A stretch of DNA of 58,879 nucleotides, filler included, from Dugesia japonica (Eukaryota), in NCBI GenBank assembly GCA_001938525.1. It is 6 parts of 6 records of this genome, joined end to end, with 100 filler letters (N's around TTAATTAATTAA, not from the genome) between each part and the next. Parts side by side here need not be neighbours in the genome. Positions count along the whole stretch, not along the records: positions 28,653 to 38,553 come from MQRL01637146.1; positions 38,654 to 49,019 come from MQRL01648215.1; positions 49,120 to 58,879 come from MQRL01637588.1; 3 more parts are not named here. One strand, given 5' to 3'. Made by a program: the position numbers and the translations under genes. Below are positions 38,498 to 49,311 of the stretch, piece after piece (within the stretch, counting starts at the first letter, position 1; the number at the start of each line of letters is the position of its first letter). The notes under the pieces are model-generated. The model worked only from the letters and a program-made list of their open reading frames with translations, did not search any database and was not told the origin of the DNA.

Positions 38498-38553
38498 GTT
38501 AAAGAAATTATTACAAAGTATTTTAAATATGGAAAAAAGATTATTATAAGTAT

Positions 38554-38653
38554 NNNNNNNNNNNNNNNNNNNNNNNNNNNNNNNNNNNNNNNNNNNNTTA
38601 ATTAATTAANNNNNNNNNNNNNNNNNNNNNNNNNNNNNNNNNNNNNNNNNNNN
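38554..38653. other. Artificial 100-bp scaffold-joining spacer
   Basis: 44 N + TTAATTAATTAA + 44 N. Confidence 0.97.
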
Positions 38654-38735
38654 GTACTATTGATTTGGGTAATGCATATTATCAAGTTCCGTTACATAAA
38701 GATTCACAAAAGAAAACAGCATTTTCTGCGGAAAA
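38654..38735 (+). mobile_element. Short Ty3/gypsy RT fragment
   Basis: TIDLGNAYYQVPLHKDSQKKTAFS. Confidence 0.85.
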
Positions 38736-41001
38736 AGTGATAAATTATTTAAAAAACAAATATGATATGGAAGATTTGAAATCTTGTTTGTTTAAAAGAA
38801 AGATTTAAATTATTGATTGCAAATTTAAATAAAAAATTTTTGATATATTAAAATTTTTAAAGTGAACGAAAATTTTGTCTAAAATTTTAAATGATAATTA
38901 AGTAAATAAATAAAATGTTTTAAATAAATTAAATTAAATTAATTTTACATAAATAAAATTTTAGATTTTAAAAATTAAAATTTTCGATTTTAAATATTAA
39001 AATGACGATTGAATAGTTAAGTAAATATTTTTTAAATGACTTAAAATAAATTTTAAAAAATTGATCACCAATTAAAACATGGATTTTAATTTGTTTGAAT
39101 AAACAAATAGTATTAATATAGTTTAGTTTTAATAAAGTTTCTAAGTAATTGAATTTTGATATTGATGATCCGATGAGTACTCCAAACTCATTTAACAATA
39201 ATAATTATAAAAGACATTTAAGTTTGTGAATAATAAAATTGCTAATATATACTTTTTTTCATCAAAATATAAAGCATTTAATAAAACATCAAATTAGTTT
39301 TCGGTCATAGTGACTTTAAAAATTATACGTGGGTGGTTTGAAAAGTTTTGAAAACGACAGGGTTAATTTAACAATATAACAAAAGCTTATGACATTTTAA
39401 TATTTCACCTTTAATACTAACATATTTATAATTTAAATAGATATATACAACTCAATTTAAACTAAATTATATTAAACGAATTAAATTAATTAAAACAAAA
39501 TAATTTTGATAGTTTATAAAAAACGTGATTATTTGTTAGAAAAGAAAATTAATAAAGTTTAAAACAAAATCGGATCGGATTAAATTCAATAACTTAATTC
39601 ATACAAATTAATTACATAAATGTTTTTGATAAGAAAAGAAGAACAACATATTTATCTTTATTGATGATTTTTTTATGAGTATATCTTTCAGTTTGTTTGG
39701 AAGTTTTATTAATATTATTTTACTCCCCCTTTACTTGCTCTTTTCTTTACTATCAATTATTCGTGAACGTATTCCATTCTCCTGACTCAATACATCATTT
39801 AATTTCATTGTTATTAATTCATCATTTCCACTTTTCATTGTGTTTTCATTTTTGATGTAATTAGCATTCCAACATCGATAATTTCACATTAACTCATTAT
39901 TTTATTATTAATTTTTAAATTAACATATACAAGTTTTTGAANGATTAAATTTCTTTTCCATTGCTTCGTTGAGAAACCAATTTTAACAAAATTTATTATT
40001 CTTCAATATCATATTTTTCTTCTTTTATCAATTCTTCGAAACTCATTGATTCAAAACAATCATACAACTCGTCTGTTGTTTTTATTTCAATCATTTTTCT
40101 TTTCTCACTTTTCATTATTGAACACATTTCATTATTTTTTTTCATCAAGAATTTCAATTTCAAACAAATTTAATTTTTCATTAATTATTGATTTAGATGT
40201 CATATTGAAATGTTTATGTGAATCATTTTCGTACATTTCTGATAATAATTATTCATTTGTGTTTATACCGTAATTTTCTAGGTATTTTAATTGATTTAGC
40301 GATTTAATAGTCTCTTTGAATTTATTTTCTATCATTACATTTATCGATACATTTTCTATTGTGAAATTATTTAATCCATTACCAATATTTCATATCTAAC
40401 ATCAAATAAATTTTAATTTACTAGTGCATCAATTATCTCTTTTGCTATTGAATGTTCACCGATTTCTTTTAATTTCAAATATAAATAGTAATTTATTTTC
40501 TGTTGTATTAATTATACATTTTTAATTTGTTATTCTTTTCATTTAGTTTTAATTTTCCATGAAAATGTATCTTACTGGAATTTATTGAATTTACTTTTAC
40601 CACAAATTTTATTTTATCATTTACATCCGGTAAAATATGTACAACAGTTTAATATCATTTTAAAATTAATTATAAATTTGATGTTAATTGAATAATCATT
40701 GACATTTAAAATAAATATTTATATTAATTATATTAGATTAATTATTAAAATTAAAAAATTTTATTATTTAATATTTTTAGTAATATTCAGTAGTTTCTTT
40801 TTAATTTGAATTGAATTAATTATATTATTAATTTTTTTGCAATTTTTAAAAATCGTAAAATAAATAATGAATTAGATCTCTTCAAAATTTTATTTTCTTT
40901 ATTGAATAAACAATAGTGATTAAAATCATTCAGTTAGAAATCAATATTTCCACAACAAATCCTATATTCGTCACGCTATGAACTTCATTCCATGTTTGTA
41001 T

Positions 41002-41746
41002 TTATCGCCACGGTTCGTAGTTTTTCAAAGATGTTTCCAAATGACTTATCAATTCATTTTTTTCTGTTAATTCTTGGCGTAGTCGTTGGATTTCTTGTTT
41101 TTGGTCCAAAAATGCCATATGCAACTAATTAGAAATAAAATCAAAAATAATAAATTTAAATAGTGAAGGAAAATCTTAAAAACAAAACAATTTTTCTATT
41201 ATAAAACTAACAGATAATATTGCAGACAATTATTGCATTTAAACAAATAATTATTTGAATTATCGTATTATCGGCATAGAGAATTGCTTAATTTTTATTT
41301 TAAAAACAAAAAAAGTAAAATTAGCACAGTAAGAAGTTAGTGCAAATTTATCAAAGCAAATAATAACTACAAACAACAATATTTTTTTAGGAAATTCATA
41401 TAAATCAAAGGGTAAACTATAAACAATTCAATAATCTATAATAGAATTAAATATTACTAAAAGCATCAAAGATTGGAAAAAATTAATTTACTAATTTAAT
41501 TAACAGGTTTTTGCAGAAATACATTTGAAAAGTTTCAAAATATATTCAAAAAAATAATCTTGTAAGAAGTAAGATAAATAAAAGTTTTATTTTATGAATC
41601 ATATCATCTTTTTTTATGATACAACAATGAAAACATATCAAAAGTCAACTATGTAGTTAAAACCTTGTAATGGAGCATTTTATCAAAATTTTTTGATAAA
41701 CATTCAATATTCCAATGAAAATAAACAATGCAACAAAACCAAATAC

Positions 41747-41803
<57 letters not shown>

Positions 41804-41869
41804 NNNNNNNNNNNNNNNNNNNNNNNNNNNNNNNNNNNNNNNNNNNNNNNNNNNNNNNNNNNNNNNNNN

Positions 41870-41936
<67 letters not shown>

Positions 41937-44900
41937 TTTCATAAATTTTCATAAATTCATTACCTTTTGAAAATCTGAGGGCATGTTAGCAACTGATTTC
42001 CCTTTAATTGTATTTGTCATGTTCTAAATATTAATTATAATAATAATACCAATTTGTATAACTCATTTACTAATGTTAATTTTCTCAATGTATATTAATA
42101 TATAATTTATTATTTAGTAATATCTTTACAAAAAAAGTTTTCAACGGAATTCAGAATAATTTTGATGTTAATATATAAAAATGTTTAATAATTTTGAAAA
42201 TATTTCCCACACTTTCATAAAATATTATTAAAAAAATTTTATGTTTGATAATAAATTATTTATAATCAGTCAATAGTTTTCAAATGGTTTTTGTTTTTGA
42301 CTTTCCAAACTTGTAAATGAAAAAATATTATTATTAGATATTTTCAGTTAATTTTTTAGATTTTTTTCTAAACCGTAATAAATTTCTGAACAAATCAACG
42401 AACCTTCAACAATTTATAATTGTTTTAATTAATAAACTAGTGTGTATTTTAAATTAAAATTATTTAATAATTTAATTATTTTAAAAATAATTAATCAAAA
42501 TATATTTTTGTATTCTACATTTTAGAATTATAATTAAAATTAGACAGTAATATACAAAAAAATTTTCATAAACAAAATAACAGGATTTACTTAAACAATT
42601 GTAAATGTCAAGTCATCAAAAATGTAACAGTTGAAGAAATATGCAGTTAGGAAAATTATTCGAAATACAAATAATTAAATCAAAATAAATATAAGAACAA
42701 CAAAATTTTTTAAAGAATGCTTCTTTTATTATGAAAAATATATTTTAATAAATACTATGATAAGTTGAAGTACAAAACAATTTCCATATTATTTTTAATA
42801 CAATCAAAAAGTCTCTGGTTTCTGTTTTATTAATAAAAGCAAGCGTATTTGCATTGCAAGATGATTTGAAAAAGAAGAATATTTTAAGAAGAAAAGTGCA
42901 ATGAAAGATTAATGATTTTCTAATAAAAAAATAATGATGTTGTGGAGATATCTTTTATTGTATATGTTATTGTGTAATGTTTATTAAAATATATCTAAAA
43001 AGCAAATATTCTTTTAATAAAACATAAGTAACCCCATTTAAAATAAAACTTTATTGTTATATATTTCGACGGATTAACCGTCCTCATCAGACAAAAAATG
43101 AAAACAAAAATGATTTTATTCATTCTGTATTATTCAAACAAAGATTAATGCGATTATATTGAATATAAGACGGCTATAATAATTAATTTTTAAATAAAAT
43201 TCTTAATTTTTAAATTGTTTATCAACCTTTCAATAAAAAATTAATTTATATAATAATATTTTATTATTGTTACCTATAAAATCGAAGAGGTTTTGTCAAA
43301 ATTCTTTTAATATAGTTTATTTATATTATTTATAAAAAATAAATTTTATAGAAAACAAAACTTCAGGTTATAACGAACTTAAATTTCGGAACCCTTGAAA
43401 GTTCGGTTTAAGCGGATTTCACTGTATATTCAAATTTAGAATATGTTTTTTAGATAATAAGGCTCTCAATATAATATTAACAAGTGTCATTGTTTTGATC
43501 AGTTTAATTCTATTTGGTTAAAAATTTTAAATGAATAAAAGTAAGTTACAACTAATTTGTTTTTGTTTACGAAGTTTTCAGTGTAAAAAACCTTTTTAGG
43601 ACGAACTTATATTTACTATAATTTATTTATTTAACAATTTATTTATAATGTTAAAGAAGAAAAGTCTATAACTATATATAATAGATAATGATGGGTTTTT
43701 ATATAAAATTTTATATTACTCCGATAGCGTTTGTTTAATAAATAAGACGTTTTATTTAGTTTTTAAATGTTTTATGTAGTTGCAAATGAGCTTTTTGCGC
43801 TGATTACGAATATGTAAACCATTGTACGGTAGGCTTTTAAAAAATTAGATAATTTTTAATTGGAAATTTTAAAAGAAATGTAAAAAATTCATTTTTTAGG
43901 CAAACCGAAAATTATTACAATCTACGGCAGACCTTTTGAAATTTAAAGTATCACTCCTTATAATATAGACGATTTTCTATAACTAACAATGAAAATCTTA
44001 TGTAAAACTCTAAAAACCAAAAAATTGTCTATTTCTGAAAATGACTGTAGCACTTATATTACGTAAATAAAAAAAGCCTCCGACTATATTAAAACAGTTT
44101 TAATACCCGGAAATTGTATTTTTTAAATCATTTTAATAAATGATGTGAAGTTAATCATTTTTATACCACATTATTTTCATGAAATTGTTTTCAAATTAGG
44201 CTTTAAACGCATTTAACAGTTCTGTATGATTTATATACCTTATCATAGGATTTTGTAAAAGTTTCCACAGATTTGCAATGTGATATGTTTTTCTTAACCA
44301 TTTTAAACATTCTTTCTGGAATTTCGTTTTTAGATTGAAGTCTTCTCTATCTAACAAACTGTATTTGATAAGAATTTCTTTAGATTTTTGGGAAATGCTT
44401 TATAACTTTTACCAGTCTGAGTGATTTCGAACACCAAACCAAACTGAAGACCATTCATAACTTATAAAACTATTTAGGCTTTTAATATATATACATATAA
44501 TCGATGATTTAATATAACAGGTTACGTAATATAATAATTTTCAATTCCGATTGTTACCTAACATAAAGAAATAATCTTTTGAAAATATTAAATGTAGGAA
44601 TTATTTGACACCAATATATAAATAAATATATAAAAATACTTAAATTATTTGAATTAATTAATCAAATTTTTATTAAAATAAAACATTTTGATCGAAGCTT
44701 TTATTTTAATGAATTCTGAAAAACGATCTATGGTTATGTCCAACAATTGGTCTCGCAATAATTGTAATTGTAAAATAATCGAATTTTGATATTTATTTAC
44801 AGTTATTCTGTAAAGCTACTGTAACTGCAAGAAACAAATTAATGAAATCATTTTATAAGAGACACAATAGTTCCTTTGGAACTTCTAGGAATAATTTCAT

Positions 44901-47900
44901 AGTTTAATGAAATAAATCAATGGAAACATTTTGGAAAATCCAATAAACTTTGTAAAAACTCTATGAATTATCAGTCAATCAATAAAGTTCACATAATATT
45001 TTTCATTGACAGAAATCCAAATTGTATGCAAACAAATTTAAATTATGTTATAAATAAAACTCAAGACTGAAAGAAATCATTTCATTCAGNNNNNNNNNNN
45101 NNNNNNNNNNNNNNNNNNNNNNNNNNNNNNNNNNNNNNNNNNNNNNNTTTTAAAAGGCTGATTTGTTTATTGGAGAAAAATAATTATTCATCACAATTGA
45201 TTTTTCCTTTATATTTACTTTCCGCCTTGATTTTATAACATGATTTTAATTGAAAAATATGATTTTTTAAATCAAAATTAATTTATATTTAATAAGATTT
45301 TATTTAATGTAACCTCAATCTGAGAAAATATCATTATCAGCGCATGTCAGGTGTCCGGAACTTAAACTCAAATCTCCCCTCAAAAACTGTCAAACTATCC
45401 CTTAACCTTATTGGTGTGNNNNNNNNNTGATTCAAAAACATCAAACAAATTTTTAGTTGTCAAAAATGCATTACTACCTTACTGGAACTCGTATAACATA
45501 TAGTGTCACAAATACTTTTCGTTATATATTTGAATCTAAATTTAAGGAGGTATTGTGTGTATTATTTGAAAGTACAGGTGTATATTTGAGTGCACTCTAT
45601 ATGATGATGGATGAATTGTGCTAAAAGATATGTGTGCAAAATTGCAATCATTTCCACTGTGCAGCTATTGATTTCCACTTTTATAGAGGGTAGGGTGATA
45701 TAGTTCTGGTGGAACGAAAGTTTTGTCTATACATTATCTAAAGGTATTTTTGGTGTAAAGTGCTTCTGGGCAATGAAGGATGGTAGCGTACTGGCTCATC
45801 TGATGAGTTTTTGTAAATTATTTCTTAAAATCCTTTTAGTTTTGGAAATATAAGATGGATTTTAATGATTTGTGAATTGTTGAAAATATAATGTAAGGGT
45901 AAATATGATGGTGACAGTTATGTGTTAATTTAATAAATTATTGATCGATAATCTGATTAATCTTATAATAAGGATATAAGGGGTGTGTTAGTGCGATACT
46001 ATCTACATATTGTATTCTTATTAATAGGGTGTTCAAAAGTAAGATGGTGTTTTAAATAAACCACAAACTATTAATTTACTTATTCAAATTTCTTTTGTCT
46101 TCTTTAAAGTAATGCCTTACGGTTGCCACGTAATTAATCTATCGTTGAATTCAATCGTGAAATTTTCATTAGCATATTCTTTTATTTCTGTTTAATCGAT
46201 TCCACTGACTCAAATCGGATTCCTTGAAGTGGTTTCTCTAATTGACTGAACAAGAAGCATTGCATTGAAACATTTATTGAGAATAAATTGTTTGCGGAGA
46301 AATAGTTTTTGAATAGTTGGCTAGAAACTGTCGGGTGATAATTGCAATATAAACACATGCGTTATGATTGTTCTTAAAACATCCGGTAAAATTAAATCTT
46401 CTGAAACTGTTGATATGCCAACATCTTTAGTAATTTCTCACAGAGTCAAATAACGATTTTCCATTACCTTGCTTTTAATTTCTTTTATATTTTCTTCAAT
46501 GATTGATTTTGATAGAATGATGTAGTTCTTCTATTAATTCATAACGTTTTCTAACGAGTTTATGCCACTTGAATACAGTTTTTCTCACCAGATTCTTCTT
46601 GATTTATTTTAATTGTTTCTCAATCATTAATTTTATTTTTCAAACAAAATTTGATGAAAACTTCTTTGTTCAAATAAATCATCCATTTAACAATTCGAAT
46701 AAAATCAAAATATTGATGTAAATCAAAACAGAAACTATATATATCAAAGGTAAGCATATTAAATTGAAATTAATAGTAAATGTAACTAAAGGTTGGACCA
46801 TGATTTTCGGATATGATTTTAAAATTAACAGTAATATATTTGACTTAATTCTCACATTATATACAAAAGTAATACTACAGTTGAACACTCGACAATATTA
46901 TCAAATCTGTTTGGCTGGGAAAAAAATAAATCTAAAATTAAATTAAAGTTTCATTAAAGACTTAAAATTTTTATTTCATTATAAATTACTAATTAAATGC
47001 TTTTGGAAATAAATTATAACAAACTATAAATATTTTTTTAAATAAATTTTATGAGTAGTATAATATTTTCCAATTAAATTTTAATATATTTCCAGATTAT
47101 CTGAGAAATGGAATCAAATGGGTTTATTAAATCAAAATTTCTAACATCCTGTTTGAAATTATTCTTTTGACAAAATGAATGACACTGTCAAACGTAATTT
47201 GACAAATATTTTTGGAAATAAAAAAAATATGATGTAATTTACTTTATATTTCATTTTCATGATTTAGTTTTTACCTTTTTATATAATCCTGACATTCTTT
47301 TCGGTGTCGATGTTAAAATATCACTATTTGTGACTGAATTGTTAGAATTTTCAAGATTTCGTTGACTGCCAGTTCGGTAATTAAGTAAAATCGGGGGCTT
47401 TTCATGAGTTATATTCAATGATTTTGACATAATATTTTTGTCTGATTGATTGTTTAACGCTTCGACTTTGGAAATGATTTCTTGTACGGACGGCAGAGGC
47501 TCAAAATTTAAATCATCTTCACTATTCTAAAAATCAAAAATATTTGAATGTTATTTCATATTCATAGAAATAATTACGAGTTCTATTTTTGGATGAAAGA
47601 ATGTGTAAATAAATAAATCTTTAATTGAAAATAAATATCTTACGGTGGTTTTTTAGAGTATTTCTGTTGGTATTTGATCAAAGAATGAAAATGAGAGCAA
47701 TTTATATTGTTTAAATAATCAAAAAATAATCACAATACTTTAATAAACGGTTTTTAATGTAATTTCAAAATATATTTTACATGTTTCAACAGAAAATCTG
47801 TCATTTTCAGAAATATTTTGTTGACAGAAATTAATTAACTTAAATTAATATGTCCATCCAAATACAAAGCATTGCTTTGTTTCCGTGGGTATTGTATTTT

Positions 47901-47942
47901 AGAGTCAGTACTGTTGGTTGACCTTGGTTCACCCATCACCAT
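41002..47942 (-). CDS. Uncharacterised 178-aa protein with C-terminal coiled coil; predicted exons 47942-47866, 47663-47644, 47582-47578, 47526-47275, 42023-41964, 41124-41002
   Basis: All junctions GT-AG and phase-compatible: MVMGEPRSTNSTDSKIQYPRKQSNALNTLKNHQLNSEDDLNFEPLPSVQEIISKVEALNN...FQKLHMAFLDQKQEIQRLRQELTEKNELISHLETSLKNYEPWR*; extra exons in the 5-kb intron cannot be excluded. Confidence 0.72.
41748..41934 (+). repeat. (AAT)n microsatellite with gap
   Basis: Pure AAT runs. Confidence 0.98.
43051..43097 (-). ncRNA. Minimal type-I hammerhead ribozyme of a second family
   Basis: Minus strand UUGU-CUGAUGA-G-GACGG uuaau CCGUC-GAA-AUAUAU-A^ACAA, followed immediately by AAUAAA. Confidence 0.85.
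43362..43426. mobile_element. pogo/Tigger-like terminal inverted repeat fragment
   Basis: GTTATAACGAAC...GTTCGGTTTAAGCGGATTTCACTG|TA, typical ...CACTG-TA end. Confidence 0.5.
44675..44780 (+). mobile_element. Solo fragment of the PLE pLTR (no ribozyme core)
   Basis: TTTTGATCGAAGCTTTTATTTTAATGAATTCTGAAAAACGATC...GGTTATGTCCAACAATT; related fragments at ~11555-11690 and ~20070-20150. Confidence 0.8.
46025..46893 (-). mobile_element. Decayed mariner element
   Basis: TA-GGGTGTTCAAAAGTAAG end; minus-strand LFSQLEKPLQGIRFESVESIK and KSKVMENRYLT..ITKDVGIS; weak partner TIR TTGAACACTC at 46881. Confidence 0.75.
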
Positions 47943-48124
47943 TTGTATTTTGTGTTATCGAATTAGATTGATTTTTCATCCACAGTTATTATTCACGACA
48001 TAAAACTCTTTTTTTTGTTGTCTGGCAAACTNTAATACTGACGTGTTAAAACTGTTCTCAATTGAACTTTATTAAATAATATGGAATCCAGTTTCTTTCA
48101 TTTCGAAATTTCCCGAACCGATTT

Positions 48125-48240
48125 TCGACCAATCAAATTCAAAATAATTTTCTACTGAAATATATCAACCAATCAAAATGCCACATTTTTCCAAACACTT
48201 TGTTGGGGGGGAGGTGCTTTGATGCGCTTCTATAAATCTA
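48125..48240. promoter_or_regulatory. Candidate promoter with two CCAAT boxes upstream of the 178-aa gene
   Basis: GACCAATCA (~48127) and AACCAATCA (~48167), ~190-230 bp upstream of the minus-strand ATG; G-run and TATAAA nearby. Confidence 0.45.
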
Positions 48241-48789
48241 CTTTACTCAACTAAGGTATATTTGACCTTAGATATTGAATATTTTTTTAACAGCAAAATT
48301 AGGTAATAGACAAATTATATTGAGAAAGGCTATTTCTATGTTAATTTAACAAAGAAATATTTTAATTAGAACAATCACAATACCAATGGTATTATAATTG
48401 GTCAGAATTCTTTTCTGAGCAGGAATAAATTAGATGTGGTTCACAAAATATAAGCAATGAAACAAACGTCATAAAAGTATTAGTATTAGAAAATTTATTT
48501 GAAGATGATTTATTTTAATAATGAAATTTAATGAAAGATCATATATGATGTGAATTAAACATAGTTGATAACCGTTGAATCATAAATTAAACAATCGTTG
48601 GTAACTTCTTAAAGTGTATGCATGATTTGCTAAAATGTAATATAAATTAGTCAACTTCTGTTTTTCTTTAAACATTTGTTGAAGTTTTAAGAATTCATCA
48701 TCAGTATGAGAGTAGATGAACTAATTATTGTTTCTTTTATAGCTTATAAATTCTTTTAAATAATAATAATAATAATATTAATAATAAAA

Positions 48790-49019
48790 ATTCATTTAAA
48801 ATAAAAGCTTAGATCAAAAATTCTTTTTTATTGTTTTCTTGAGATTGATTCGATATTTCCATTTTGTCTTCGTCAGGAATTGACTTTTTCTGACGAAGAC
48901 AAAGTCGAAATATCGAATCAATCTCAAAAAACAATAAAAAAATATTTTTGATCGAAGCTTTTATTTTAATTGAATTCTGAAAAACGATCAATGGTTATGT
49001 CCAACAATTATTCTCGCAA
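48790..49019. mobile_element. Palindromic PLE pLTR pair with head-to-head hammerhead cores
   Basis: Plus copy CUGACGA-A-GAC aaa GUC-GAA-AUAU-C^GAAU (48886-48918); minus copy has a damaged stem II. Confidence 0.85.
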
Positions 49020-49119
49020 NNNNNNNNNNNNNNNNNNNNNNNNNNNNNNNNNNNNNNNNNNNNTTAATTAATTAANNNNNNNNNNNNNNNNNNNNNNNNN
49101 NNNNNNNNNNNNNNNNNNN
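49020..49119. other. Artificial 100-bp scaffold-joining spacer
   Basis: 44 N + TTAATTAATTAA + 44 N. Confidence 0.97.
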
Positions 49120-49311
49120 AAATTTAAAAATGTAAATAAAATATAATGATAAAAATTAAAATCTTTAGAAGCTAAATATATTTTTTTGATATTTTAAAAA
49201 TATATTTAACATAATAATCTATTTGTTTGACTAAGCTAAATTCAGTTAAATAATTAACAGCCAATAGTTGAATTGTTTATTTTTTATCTTAATCGAATGT
49301 GATTTATTAAA

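Larger units (their letters stand above)
37481..38553 (+). mobile_element. Probable left end of a Polinton/Maverick element
   Basis: Begins AGTAGT (37481), followed by an (AAAATGT)n minisatellite and an intronless zinc-finger ORF running to the scaffold end. Confidence 0.5.

Noticed and set aside
45794-45830. CTCATCTGATGAG as a possible hammerhead core
   Set aside because: No stem II followed by GAAA and no stem I partner
48809-48991. 60-aa ORF on the minus strand
   Set aside because: Coincides with the non-coding palindromic pLTR/hammerhead pair
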